DNA from: Klebsiella phage KP13-26
Length of the DNA: 64,000 bases
Sequence record: OP617743.1
Reading direction: 5' to 3' (one strand)
In this document: in pieces, positions 36,040 to 45,356 of the stretch
Layout: each line of letters starts with the position of its first letter
How positions within the stretch are numbered: position 1 is the stretch's first letter
Notes under the pieces: model-generated
Databases searched by the model: none
The model's input: the letters and a program-made list of their open reading frames with translations, nothing else
Told to the model about the DNA's origin: nothing
Position numbers and translations under genes: made by a program

Positions 36040-36604
36040 TAATTGCCTCCTCTAAAATAGGTTTAATGAAATCAAATATTTCCCGTTTACTTTTACCTCG
36101 TATGTTAAAGCAAGGAATATTAAACTGTTTTGCTAACATCCATGCAGTTCTAGTCCCTCCTTTTGCATCCCCATTTTTATCTACATCTGAACAGGCCAAT
36201 AAAAATAAAGAGGGAACAGGATTTTCCAAATCTCTTCCTAGCACCTGATGAACATTGCGTTGATGCAATTTCTTACCCCCTTGTGATAACCTATCCCAAG
36301 CAGGATGTATTTCTTTTGCATATTTAACGCTTATAGCGTAGTTCATTGTATCAGGGCTGTCAAGACAAATTTTCTCCCCTGCTATTTCATTACCTTCAAA
36401 TTTAGGCCACGGAATGTAAATTTCTTTGTTATCAGGAAGATTAGACAAGGATACACCATACTCGAATGCAGAATCGGAGCCTCCTGCCTTACCGGATCTT
36501 AACTTAAGCCATTGGGCTAACCATTTAGCGACGGCAACCATTATATCCCATTCTTCATCTGTGATATCACGACTTCCTACACCAGTGTAAAATAATCCCT
36601 CCAT
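36032..36604 (-). CDS. DprA/SLOG-like Rossmann-fold protein
   Basis: GVGSR...SGKAGGSD...GGTRTA pattern resembling the DprA/Smf fold; GAGGTGA RBS. Confidence 0.35.
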   Translation of the reverse strand: MEGLFYTGVGSRDITDEEWDIMVAVAKWLAQWLKLRSGKAGGSDSAFEYGVSLSNLPDNKEIYIPWPKFEGNEIAGEKICLDSPDTMNYAISVKYAKEIHPAWDRLSQGGKKLHQRNVHQVLGRDLENPVPSLFLLACSDVDKNGDAKGGTRTAWMLAKQFNIPCFNIRGKSKREIFDFIKPILEEAINA

Positions 36605-36613
36605 CCTATCACC

Positions 36614-36868
36614 TCAGCAGGTTACAGTAAATGGATTACCTGGGGTATAAGGTATTTGTGGATTCTTCCAGATATCCTCGATTTGCTGTTTCCAAATTTC
36701 CCTTAGCTTTGTCACATCTGGATCAATGCTTTCATTAGGAACATCTGTTTCCACCTTAATAATTTCTTCTGACACCAAAATCTCTTTGGCTAGCTCAAGG
36801 TTGTCTGTCTCGATAGTGGTTTCTTTAGTCACTTCACCGACAGTTTCTTTGATTGTTATTTTGTACAT
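36614..36868 (-). CDS. hypothetical protein (84 aa)
   Basis: AGAGGAAG RBS; TAATG overlap with the upstream gene. Confidence 0.55.
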   Translation of the reverse strand: MYKITIKETVGEVTKETTIETDNLELAKEILVSEEIIKVETDVPNESIDPDVTKLREIWKQQIEDIWKNPQIPYTPGNPFTVTC

Positions 36869-37605
36869 TAGTCTTCCTCTAAAGTTGAATAAAACTTAAC
36901 CGTTCCTTGCTCATCAAACCAACTAAATGTCAGATTATTGTTGAAACAAGACCCGGTATCCATATATATACGATTAGCATTCATTAATGGCTTTGGTACA
37001 TAAGAGTGTCCATGAAATACATAGTCTACGCCTAATACTTTAGGCAAAGAAATCCCCTCCTGAGCACAGGAAATCATATCTCTATCCCACATTAAAGACT
37101 CTGCAAAAATATCTTCCTTTTCCTTGGATAATCCCAAATTAGGTATCTCTGTTACTGGTAAATATTCATAAGCAGAAGGATAACCTCCATGTATAAATGC
37201 TAACTTTTTACCTCTATGTTCTACTACTAGAACAACGGGGAGATTTTCTACCATTGTTGCCAATAAACTAACACCATCTTCCCCAAGCTCACTCCAAACA
37301 GTATGACCACCATTCTGATACCAACATTCATAATAATCTCTACTGCCTTCTAACATGCCTCTAATTAGCATATCTTCATGATTACCACGGATAGCAAAAC
37401 GGTTAGACTTACGTGTGAATTCAATTACACATCGCAGATTTTGTTTACCCCTGTCAGTAAGATCTCCGAGAGAAATAACATAATCTGTATCTCTAATTCC
37501 TAGAACTCTTTCTCCTTTTTTATAGAGATCGTAACATCCATGTAAATCCCCTATGATAAATAAATCTTTATCATCCTCCAATTTAATAAATTCATAAAGT
37601 TTCAC
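36868..37605 (-). CDS. Ser/Thr protein phosphatase (PPP/lambda-phosphatase type)
   Basis: GDLHG, GDLTDRG and RGNHE motifs; GTG start after GAGGAG. Confidence 0.8.
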   Translation of the reverse strand: MKLYEFIKLEDDKDLFIIGDLHGCYDLYKKGERVLGIRDTDYVISLGDLTDRGKQNLRCVIEFTRKSNRFAIRGNHEDMLIRGMLEGSRDYYECWYQNGGHTVWSELGEDGVSLLATMVENLPVVLVVEHRGKKLAFIHGGYPSAYEYLPVTEIPNLGLSKEKEDIFAESLMWDRDMISCAQEGISLPKVLGVDYVFHGHSYVPKPLMNANRIYMDTGSCFNNNLTFSWFDEQGTVKFYSTLEED

Positions 37606-37614
37606 TTTTTCTCC

Positions 37615-38187
37615 TCAATAAGTCATTCCAACAGCGTAGCTGAAGGTAGGCTCGACAATAACAGTTGCAACAGCTATATATTTTTCATTTACTGCATAGC
37701 ATTCTACACGACATACAACAATACCATTTACAATGAACTCCATACAATGTGTCATATCCTCGCATGTAAATATAGTATATGTTATTCCCATAGCATCATA
37801 CAACGATTTTACTTCTTTTGCAAGTTCTGTGATAGGGTCTGTTTCTGCTACAATATATGCTGCTACTATTAAACTATTTGAGTAGTGTGTTGTATCTTCT
37901 AAAGATAATGATCGACAAGGAAGTAATGAAAAGTACTTACCATATGCCAATAACCCAGATCTTACTTGATTAATAACAGCTTGAGAAGGATTTGTTACAT
38001 AAAATAAATTCTCTTTTGGGTTATCAATATTACTGCGAGCTATACATTTAGTAGGAGAATTCTGGTCAAAGACATGATCAAAGTCTACACAAATAGGTAG
38101 ATTATAAGTTTTAAAATTATTTTGTAGGATTGAGACAGCTTTTAAAATGCTGTCCGTATTTATTTTACCATTAAAAGCCAAAGGCAT
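37615..38187 (-). CDS. hypothetical protein (190 aa)
   Basis: AAGGAG RBS. Confidence 0.6.
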   Translation of the reverse strand: MPLAFNGKINTDSILKAVSILQNNFKTYNLPICVDFDHVFDQNSPTKCIARSNIDNPKENLFYVTNPSQAVINQVRSGLLAYGKYFSLLPCRSLSLEDTTHYSNSLIVAAYIVAETDPITELAKEVKSLYDAMGITYTIFTCEDMTHCMEFIVNGIVVCRVECYAVNEKYIAVATVIVEPTFSYAVGMTY

Positions 38188-38196
38188 ATGTGCTCC

Positions 38197-38394
38197 TTAA
38201 CTAGTAACATCTACCTCAGTACTTCCTTCCGTAGGAGATATTACAGTACACCTGGTTGCCATATAAGAAACATTCCAACCATTTGGAGAAGTTTCTATTA
38301 AAACCCTATCTTTTGCGATAAACTGGATATAATCAAGTGCTTCTCGCATAGATAAGAACGTTTTTGTAATTTGTTCTTCGTGCAATGATTCCAT
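38197..38394 (-). CDS. hypothetical protein (65 aa)
   Basis: Internal ATG 38394 after GAGGAG. Confidence 0.5.
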   Translation of the reverse strand: MESLHEEQITKTFLSMREALDYIQFIAKDRVLIETSPNGWNVSYMATRCTVISPTEGSTEVDVTS

Positions 38395-38402
38395 AGGTCT
38401 CC

Positions 38403-39065
38403 TCAACTTATTTCTAATTTGTGACATAAACGTTGTACTGCTTTTGCATCGAAAGCTGCGCCTCTTATTGTTTTTTTGCCTGCCTCATTTAACCTTTTTG
38501 AAATAGTTAAAAATGGCATGTTTTGAGACCTGTATGCAGTTAACAATGGTTTAAATTCTTCTGCCCACTCCAAGGAGTACTTAGTATGTTCCTTCTTCGA
38601 GTAATCTGTTCTATGGTATTTTTCATTAGCAGCGCCTAAGAGAGTACCTTTCTCTTTAGCTACTTTTAAACTTTTCTTTACACGATCAGAGATTCCTTTT
38701 GCTTCCTCTTCTGCAAGAACTGCAAGAATATTAATGATCATGTTTTCTGCGGAGGGCATCGTAGCTACACGCACTTGTATCATTTCCAATAAAGCCGCAA
38801 CGGAGGCTGTGTTACGTCCTAAACGGTCAACCTTAGCAACAACTAAGGTGGCTCCTGTTTGCTTACATAGGTTAACAGCTTTAACAAGTTCCCTACGCTG
38901 ACGCCAGTCGCCTTTACCCGTGTAGTACTCAGCAAAACTACCAATAACAGTACAATCTTCTTGAGTATCAAGAAATCTTTGAATGTCAATCTCTTGAGCT
39001 TCAATACCGTATTGATTACCTTGTTGTTTTCTTTTAGATAGACGATGATAAAGTACGTATTTCAT
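38403..39065 (-). CDS. Serine recombinase (resolvase/invertase family)
   Basis: N-terminal YHRLS-Q catalytic-serine motif, VDRLGRN, C-terminal helix-turn-helix; AGGAGGG RBS. Confidence 0.75.
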   Translation of the reverse strand: MKYVLYHRLSKRKQQGNQYGIEAQEIDIQRFLDTQEDCTVIGSFAEYYTGKGDWRQRRELVKAVNLCKQTGATLVVAKVDRLGRNTASVAALLEMIQVRVATMPSAENMIINILAVLAEEEAKGISDRVKKSLKVAKEKGTLLGAANEKYHRTDYSKKEHTKYSLEWAEEFKPLLTAYRSQNMPFLTISKRLNEAGKKTIRGAAFDAKAVQRLCHKLEIS

Positions 39066-39114
39066 AATGCCCTCCTGCTATTTATGAAGAGTATGCACTA
39101 CTCTTCATCATATG

Positions 39115-39318
39115 TCAAGTGGTTGTGATATCATCTTCCTGAATAGTTGATTCTTCATCAACAAAAACTTTATCAGGAGTGATATTCTTTCCTGTTATAC
39201 GTGATAGAAGAACAGCACCAATATCTTTTGCTTGCTGTTCATTATCAGCGTAGACATTAGTTCCCGTGTCCTTCTTAGTACTTTCATTAGTGTACACTAA
39301 GTAATAACTGTATGGCAT
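39115..39318 (-). CDS. hypothetical protein (67 aa)
   Basis: ORF. Confidence 0.5.
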   Translation of the reverse strand: MPYSYYLVYTNESTKKDTGTNVYADNEQQAKDIGAVLLSRITGKNITPDKVFVDEESTIQEDDITTT

Positions 39319-39326
39319 TTTTATTC

Positions 39327-39551
39327 CTAGTAGTTATCTCGTTCATCCTGAAGACTTTTAGCAATCTTTCCGTACTCTATAGCCAGTCCAGCCATGCTTT
39401 CTGTTTGTGCCGTCATAGCTTCTTTGAAGAACATAGAAATTGCTGCTTGTTGAATAGTTTCAATACCGTCTGAATCTGTAGTGATATTGAGGCTCAAGTC
39501 ATCATCTTCTGTAAAGATAAGCGAGATGTTAAAATTAAAAGTTGATTCCAT
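39327..39551 (-). CDS. hypothetical protein (74 aa)
   Basis: ATG 39551 after GAGGAG. Confidence 0.5.
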   Translation of the reverse strand: MESTFNFNISLIFTEDDDLSLNITTDSDGIETIQQAAISMFFKEAMTAQTESMAGLAIEYGKIAKSLQDERDNY

Positions 39552-39561
39552 TAGTTTCTCC

Positions 39562-40071
39562 TCATACAAAATAGAAAGGTTGCGTAAGCCCTAGACGATT
39601 CTTAGGGTCATAAACATACCACGCATATGCTGTTTTATCTGTCCCGCCACCAACAAAAGAGGGTCTTTCTGACAAAACGATCAAATGATTAGGGGGATTA
39701 TTTTTATGAAACTCCCTACGTTTCTTGGATTCTAAGAATCCTAAACGAAGGAGGTATATACACACATCACATTCTTGTAGACTCTTCTCTAAGAATTGTA
39801 ATGCCAGTTTAAATGGAGGATTTGTGATAATAGCATCTGGCTTTCTCTTCCAACTACTATTAAAATAATCTATCCCCTCGTCTAACTCACAATATTCAGA
39901 TCCTTCTGGAAAATGCTGATAGATAGCATTTGCTAAACCTCTACAAGGTTCAGCAAAAGTCCATCCCTCTTCCACAAGATTTTTAAAATCTATAATACCG
40001 AATAAACTATCTATACACTTTTGGGGAGTAGGATAAAAGTCATTATCCGGTCTTTCATAGTTGTTTGCCAA
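39562..40071 (-). CDS. Phage Dam-type N6-adenine DNA methyltransferase (small, PF05869-like)
   Basis: NPPF motif IV; about 170 aa, typical of phage Dam. Probable TTG start. Confidence 0.55.
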   Translation of the reverse strand: MANNYERPDNDFYPTPQKCIDSLFGIIDFKNLVEEGWTFAEPCRGLANAIYQHFPEGSEYCELDEGIDYFNSSWKRKPDAIITNPPFKLALQFLEKSLQECDVCIYLLRLGFLESKKRREFHKNNPPNHLIVLSERPSFVGGGTDKTAYAWYVYDPKNRLGLTQPFYFV

Positions 40072-40489
40072 TTTCTAAAATATCCTCTTTAGTTAACTCT
40101 GGGTCTTCCTCGAAGGAGCTGATATCCATAAGAACTTGAAACTCCTCCAGAGACACAGGAATTACCTGATTTTCCTCACGTGCTTTTAATACTTCCAATA
40201 AAGCATCTACCATATCAGAGTATTCATAGAACTTGAGTAGTTGATAATCTAAAGGAGATATCTTATCTTCTTGAAGTAGCCATTCTGTGGCATTATCGAG
40301 AGAACCAACAACGTGCATCATTTCTCCAAAGGCATTAACCTCCCATTGGCGTGTTCTCCACCAACTTAACTTCTCAGTTAAAACGTAACGCTTGTTAGAA
40401 AGATAACTTAAATAATTTTCAGCACGCTTACATGTTTGCTGATAAGCATATACCTGTTTATCAAAAAACTCTACTGGGATAGGTAACAT
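40055..40489 (-). CDS. hypothetical protein (144 aa)
   Basis: AAGGAGGAG RBS. Confidence 0.6.
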   Translation of the reverse strand: MLPIPVEFFDKQVYAYQQTCKRAENYLSYLSNKRYVLTEKLSWWRTRQWEVNAFGEMMHVVGSLDNATEWLLQEDKISPLDYQLLKFYEYSDMVDALLEVLKAREENQVIPVSLEEFQVLMDISSFEEDPELTKEDILEIGKQL

Positions 40490-40500
40490 ATCTCCTCCTT

Positions 40501-40522
40501 AAAATGCCCCGGAGGGCATTTT
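40501..40522 (-). terminator. Hairpin terminator
   Basis: TGCCCC-GGA-GGGCA stem with flanking T-runs. Confidence 0.45.
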
Positions 40523-40525
40523 TTA

Positions 40526-41152
40526 TTAGTTGTCTACACTACTCGATGTGTCTGTCTCATCTGAGCCTTCGGCTAGAATTCTATCCCCTTCTTCACCATC
40601 AGGGCTACCTGTAAGGAGCAGATTTAAAAGTTGTGCTCGGGTGAATCCACGGAGATCCTCGTCAGTAATATCCACAGGAACTTTTTGCTCTTCTATGAAG
40701 GTATCTCCTCCAGAAAAAGCATCTCTAAGTTTAGCTACATCCATTGCTACCTCTGGTGTAGCGCCACTATCCAGTGCTGCTAAAGCGTAATCCGCTCCAC
40801 TTCCTACAGCGTAGTATTCAGCTTCTATTGGCATTGCACGTGCTGGATTATTTCCTTCGTGAATAAAAATTTTACCATCAGGATGAACAACAAGCGCCAC
40901 AAATTCTTCATCTTCTTTATCTGGGTCAGATTGAATCATTAACCCCGGAATAGCTTCTTGTGCAGCCTGACATTGTAGATTTTGTTCAAACCAAGAGAAA
41001 AAAGTTAAAATAGAAGATAAACGCCCTGCACCACCCACAAGATAATCACCAATTTTTCTTACTTTTTTAAAGTTGTATTGATCTACTCTGGAGCCTACAG
41101 TCACTTTACCATCACTAAGGATTTTATTTCTTGTTGCAATAATTGTTGTCAT
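40526..41152 (-). CDS. hslV: HslV-like Ntn-hydrolase threonine protease with acidic C-terminal extension
   Basis: Start re-set to Met-Thr-Thr (MTTIIATRNK) after AGGAGGAG. Aligns with E. coli HslV blocks GNVKKVRR..., GFAGG and IGSGG. No HslU gene nearby. Confidence 0.7.
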   Translation of the reverse strand: MTTIIATRNKILSDGKVTVGSRVDQYNFKKVRKIGDYLVGGAGRLSSILTFFSWFEQNLQCQAAQEAIPGLMIQSDPDKEDEEFVALVVHPDGKIFIHEGNNPARAMPIEAEYYAVGSGADYALAALDSGATPEVAMDVAKLRDAFSGGDTFIEEQKVPVDITDEDLRGFTRAQLLNLLLTGSPDGEEGDRILAEGSDETDTSSSVDN

Positions 41153-41153
41153 A

Positions 41154-41645
41154 TTATTTCTCCTCCTGAAGTGTTTTAAGAACAGCTTTGCCACCATTGG
41201 TATATTTTCTTAAATAATCAATGGCTCGCAATGTTTCTTTATCTACTGTTATTTTACTGGATACTGCCAGAGGATGATTCAGTAAATCACTGCATTCTCT
41301 CACTAGCAAAGACTTTTTATGGAATATATTACTTAAGAACAATAGTTTACTCTCTTCTTCGTCCAGGAGAAGAAGCTCAGGAGTTGAGCCTGCTATCTCT
41401 ATTATACACTCAAGTAAGCTCCCATTACTATCAGAAAGTTCTTGATAGTAGCTTAAAATATAATTTTTATTTGTAATCCACGATAAAAACATTTTAAATT
41501 TTTGTCTTAAAGTCAGATTTTCTAATCTTAAAGATATTTCCTGCTCAATAAGATTACTACAAATTTGTCTAAACTCATTGGGTTTTACTAACCCTGCTTG
41601 ATAACACTCGTCTATTCCATTCTTATCAATCTCAACAAAAACCAT
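41154..41645 (-). CDS. hypothetical protein (163 aa)
   Basis: AAGGAGAG RBS. Confidence 0.6.
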   Translation of the reverse strand: MVFVEIDKNGIDECYQAGLVKPNEFRQICSNLIEQEISLRLENLTLRQKFKMFLSWITNKNYILSYYQELSDSNGSLLECIIEIAGSTPELLLLDEEESKLLFLSNIFHKKSLLVRECSDLLNHPLAVSSKITVDKETLRAIDYLRKYTNGGKAVLKTLQEEK

Positions 41646-41683
41646 TATCTCTCCTTAAAAGTGGCGTCCTTGCCTTATTATTA

Positions 41684-42439
41684 TCACTTATAAACGTCTG
41701 TCATCAACTTAGAAAGACGAGAACGTTTGTTTTCATCCGAGGACATTTCTACATAACCGATAAAGTCTACGATAGGTTGTCTATCACCATACTCATCTTC
41801 TGGTACGAGATGGTCTAGAAGATCTTTTAGACCATTAGGACGTTTCTTAATAGCATATGTTTGCCTAATATCTCCAAGAACAACAACGTGAGTATTAATA
41901 CCCGCTCGCTCAACGAGAAGTTTTAAAGTATCCGGCGACATGAGCTGTGCTTCATCAATTAAAACAATGGAGTTATCCAAGGTGGCACCAAGCATGTAGT
42001 TCGGAATATTAAGCTCAATCTTACCAGAAGAAATATCATTTTCTAGCTTATTCGCGGTCATGAACTGCTGGAAGATGCGTTTCGTTGAATCATAGTGGGC
42101 TGCCAGTTTGTCTGTTTTATCTCCTGATAAAAAACCAATCTGGTCATCACCGACTTCCGTTGGATTTTTAAGGAAGATAAGTTTACGATAATCTCCTGCA
42201 CGGAGCATTTGTAGTGCTTTCCATAGGGCTGTGGATGTTTTACCAGTACCTGCTGGGGCAGTAACGATAGTCAAATCATTCCACACCATACTATGTACAA
42301 TATCTTGTTGCGCTTCGGTAGGATAAAATTCGTCTAAACGATAGTCATCATTTCCTACAGCCTTTTGTGCGTAGCGACTTTCGCGTTTATCATTGTTTGC
42401 TAACTCTTGACGACGAGTTTTTGCTGGTTTATTTCCCAT
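41684..42439 (-). CDS. phoH: PhoH-like ATPase
   Basis: Walker A APAGTGKT; length and architecture fit PhoH; AAGGAG RBS. Confidence 0.8.
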   Translation of the reverse strand: MGNKPAKTRRQELANNDKRESRYAQKAVGNDDYRLDEFYPTEAQQDIVHSMVWNDLTIVTAPAGTGKTSTALWKALQMLRAGDYRKLIFLKNPTEVGDDQIGFLSGDKTDKLAAHYDSTKRIFQQFMTANKLENDISSGKIELNIPNYMLGATLDNSIVLIDEAQLMSPDTLKLLVERAGINTHVVVLGDIRQTYAIKKRPNGLKDLLDHLVPEDEYGDRQPIVDFIGYVEMSSDENKRSRLSKLMTDVYK

Positions 42440-42475
42440 AGTACCGCTCCTTAATAAGGGGCTTACGCCCCTTTG

Positions 42476-42976
42476 TTAGTTGTAAGCATCAAGTGTTCCA
42501 GAGGTTAGAACCTTGATTACTCGCTCTGCACGATTAGGCGTTTGTTTGTACCACTTACTCTTACGTAAGTTAATACCAGCCTGAGTATAGTACGAATTGC
42601 TTACTAATGTCAAGCTGTTTTTGAAAGATTCTGCTCCAGCAATCCCCATTTGGAATACCATATTGATGATTGCCATTTTACGAATAGGACTAACCTTATC
42701 GTAGATAGGAGACAGGATCTTACTTTGTTTAATTTGCTTAGTTGCTTTTTCAACATCAGCTCGGAATATAGCACGTGCTTCTGCTTCAGTGATAACTCCA
42801 TTGGTCTTACGACCTACTAGCTTATCCAGTTCAGCAATAGCCACTGCTTTATCTTTGACTTTTGTTAAAAGATGCCCAATACCAATTGTCCAATACCCAA
42901 GGGTATCTTTATAGACAGTTAGCTTTAAGCCTTCATCTAAGCGAAGCATATCAAACTCATCTACTACTCTAGCCAT
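42476..42976 (-). CDS. T4-type lysozyme (endolysin, GH24)
   Basis: MLRLDEGLKLTVYKDTLGYWTIGIGHLL carries the T4 lysozyme catalytic E/D/T triad. Start re-set to MARVV (166 aa). Confidence 0.85.
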   Translation of the reverse strand: MARVVDEFDMLRLDEGLKLTVYKDTLGYWTIGIGHLLTKVKDKAVAIAELDKLVGRKTNGVITEAEARAIFRADVEKATKQIKQSKILSPIYDKVSPIRKMAIINMVFQMGIAGAESFKNSLTLVSNSYYTQAGINLRKSKWYKQTPNRAERVIKVLTSGTLDAYN

Positions 42977-42983
42977 GTTTTCC

Positions 42984-43130
42984 TTATGCGTCAACCTCAC
43001 CATGATCCAGAACATCAAAAAGCATGTGTTCTTGAGTTGGTTCACGTTTCGGTTTTGTTTTCTTAGTGTGGGACTTAAGCTCTGCTGCTAAAGCACGAGA
43101 AAAGATCTTACGTTTTTGTTTACCTTTCAT
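42984..43130 (-). CDS. small Lys-rich protein (48 aa)
   Basis: Sub-cutoff ORF with GGAG RBS. Confidence 0.3.
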   Translation of the reverse strand: MKGKQKRKIFSRALAAELKSHTKKTKPKREPTQEHMLFDVLDHGEVDA

Positions 43131-43134
43131 ATTG

Positions 43135-43401
43135 TTACTCCGCAATCTGAGCCATGAATTCACGTAGTTCTGTAAAACCTCCTACGTGTTTATAGTCCAC
43201 GTCAGCATCTTCCTGTACTAGAATCTGAGGAAAAGTGCGTGGTGGAACTCCTGTTTTCTCTATGACCACTGCTTGCATGTGGTCTAGAGAATAATCTTCA
43301 TCCAAGGTAAGATATTTAAAATCCTGACCTCTCATCTCCAACAGTTGTTTAGCCATGTTGCAGAATTGGCAGTCAGGTTTACCGTAGATTACAAAATTCA
43401 T
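43135..43401 (-). CDS. Glutaredoxin/NrdH-like redoxin
   Basis: GKPDCQFC active-site-like motif; thioredoxin-fold length; ATGA overlap with rmlD. Confidence 0.6.
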   Translation of the reverse strand: MNFVIYGKPDCQFCNMAKQLLEMRGQDFKYLTLDEDYSLDHMQAVVIEKTGVPPRTFPQILVQEDADVDYKHVGGFTELREFMAQIAE

Positions 43402-44240
43402 TCTCTCTCCTTATTTAATAGAACTTTCAGTGATTCATTAATACCGCAGACTACTGGTTTTGGATTCAGAAAGCCTTTGGTTTCAAGATAAGATTTAGCA
43501 GGACGTGGTGCCTTGGAATTATATTGCGAAGCAGATATTGGATTCACTTTAACTGTCGTATCTATTTCGCAGAAAATAGTTGTCGCGAAATCATACCAAC
43601 TTAAATAGTCCTTGCCTGCATAATGAAAAATACGAGCACCAACCCCATACTCCAGCATGGCAAAGATCATCTCGGCAAGGTAAGGAGCATATGTTGGACA
43701 AGAGTAATGATCACAGATAACATCAAACTCCCGCTGACCTGCGTTATAACGACCTAACAATGTTTTTAGGAAGTTATTACCGAACTCACTGTATACCGAA
43801 GCAGTACGAATAATTAAAGCTCCCGGATGAATGGCATGAACTAACTCTTCACCAAAACGTTTGGAATAACCATATACATTTAGAGGATTGGTTGGAGCAC
43901 CTTCGATACCAGGGAATGAACCATCAAAAACATAATCAGTCGAAATGTGGATTAAGTCAATGTGCAATTCGCTACAAATTTTAGCAATGTTAGCCGCACC
44001 ATAAGCATTTACATCTAAAGCTGCTTGAATGTTATCTTCTGCTTTGTCAACATCTGTGTAAGCTGCACAGTTAATAACTGCATCTGGCATCTCATCAATA
44101 ATCAAGTTACGGATTTGCTCAAAATTGGTAATGTCGCTGCGTTTACGATCAGGTCTGATGAGTTCCACGTCATCGGGTTTCACTTTCTTAAGTGCTTGGC
44201 CTAATTGTCCTTGCGCTCCCAATACTAAGTAACGTTTCAT
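43398..44240 (-). CDS. rmlD: dTDP-4-dehydrorhamnose reductase
   Basis: N-terminal Rossmann GAQGQLG; STDYVFDG motif. Confidence 0.75.
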   Translation of the reverse strand: MKRYLVLGAQGQLGQALKKVKPDDVELIRPDRKRSDITNFEQIRNLIIDEMPDAVINCAAYTDVDKAEDNIQAALDVNAYGAANIAKICSELHIDLIHISTDYVFDGSFPGIEGAPTNPLNVYGYSKRFGEELVHAIHPGALIIRTASVYSEFGNNFLKTLLGRYNAGQREFDVICDHYSCPTYAPYLAEMIFAMLEYGVGARIFHYAGKDYLSWYDFATTIFCEIDTTVKVNPISASQYNSKAPRPAKSYLETKGFLNPKPVVCGINESLKVLLNKERE

Positions 44241-44806
44241 CCAAAGATCTCCCTTAACGTTTTAGCCTCTCGGTCTTTTTGGGACAAGATAGGCTTAAAG
44301 TAGTCATCATTAAAGATGAGGTCAAATCCCCAATCAACAGCCACATCTGGATCATTCCAAGCGAGGCTACGCTCTGACGTAGGATCGTAATATTCAGTGC
44401 ATTTGTACTCGAAGTCGGCAGTATCAGAAACCACAACGAAACCGTGGGCGAAGCCTGGTGGAATCCAGAACTGCACCTTGTTTTGTTCGCTAAGTACCAC
44501 ACCCTCCCACTCCCCAAAGGTCGGACTACCTTCACGCAAATCAACAGCTACGTCAAAGACCATGCCACTTGTGCATCGCACCAACTTACCTTGAGGATTT
44601 GTTTCTTGATAGTGGAGTCCACGCAGGACTCCTTTTGAAGAACGAGAATGATTGTCTTGAACAAATGTATATTTTCCAATAAGAGTATCATAACGAGCTT
44701 GATTAAAAGATTCTAGAAAAAATCCTCGGTCATCAGCAAATACTCTAGGTGTGATTATTAGGAGACCTTCAATACCTGTCTCTCTTACGTTATGAGTATT
44801 CTCCAC
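44237..44806 (-). CDS. rmlC: dTDP-4-dehydrorhamnose 3,5-epimerase (cupin)
   Basis: Blocks PRVFADDRGFF, RGLHYQ and WIPPGFAHGF. GTG start after AGAGGGG; ATGA overlap with rmlD. Confidence 0.8.
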   Translation of the reverse strand: MENTHNVRETGIEGLLIITPRVFADDRGFFLESFNQARYDTLIGKYTFVQDNHSRSSKGVLRGLHYQETNPQGKLVRCTSGMVFDVAVDLREGSPTFGEWEGVVLSEQNKVQFWIPPGFAHGFVVVSDTADFEYKCTEYYDPTSERSLAWNDPDVAVDWGFDLIFNDDYFKPILSQKDREAKTLREIFG

Positions 44807-44817
44807 TGTTACCCCTC

Positions 44818-45144
44818 TTACCAAACATTTTGACTACAAATAGTTGTTGTCTCAACCCCATATTTCTCTTTAAGTTCTTTAGCAATTTCTTCAGCCTTTA
44901 CAGTAAGGAATTTCAAATCTATGTCTTTTGCATAATCCCCGCCTGCTAGTTCAACACCAAACATACAATCTTCTTGAGCAGCATCATAATAAGGAGAAGC
45001 AGAAACTACTTTAAGACAATCATATAGGAACCAAGTGAAATCCCCATCGTATCCCTCAACAACTTCTTCATTATCTCCTAATGCTTGCTCCCAAACTGAG
45101 AAAGGAGCACCTTGAATCATTTTCCAGCCAATATCAATTCCCAT
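44818..45144 (-). CDS. hypothetical protein (108 aa)
   Basis: AGAGGAG RBS. Confidence 0.55.
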   Translation of the reverse strand: MGIDIGWKMIQGAPFSVWEQALGDNEEVVEGYDGDFTWFLYDCLKVVSASPYYDAAQEDCMFGVELAGGDYAKDIDLKFLTVKAEEIAKELKEKYGVETTTICSQNVW

Positions 45145-45347
45145 TATAACTCCTCTTTAATCTGTTTAAGCATAGTTTTCAACTCTAGTTCTGATAACAC
45201 CAACTCAAAAATATCTCCTGATTCTTCTGATTTGACGAATATGGAGTAACCTTTCTTAAGACTTCCATCATTAGACACAAAGTCAACAGCACCACCTTCC
45301 TCAACAACTAATTCTGAAATTATACTAGCGTCTTCAAATTCAATCAT
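45144..45347 (-). CDS. hypothetical protein (67 aa)
   Basis: GAGGAG RBS. Confidence 0.5.
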   Translation of the reverse strand: MIEFEDASIISELVVEEGGAVDFVSNDGSLKKGYSIFVKSEESGDIFELVLSELELKTMLKQIKEEL

Positions 45348-45356
45348 GTTTTCTCC

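Noticed and set aside
40526-41197. HslV start at the first ATG (41197)
   Set aside because: An Ntn-hydrolase needs Thr directly after the initiator Met. The internal MTT start has a perfect AGGAGGAG RBS.
42453-42472. Hairpin GGGGC-TTAC-GCCCC downstream of the lysozyme gene as a strong terminator
   Set aside because: The T-run is interrupted (TTATTAAGG). I kept it only as a possible attenuator and did not list it as a feature.
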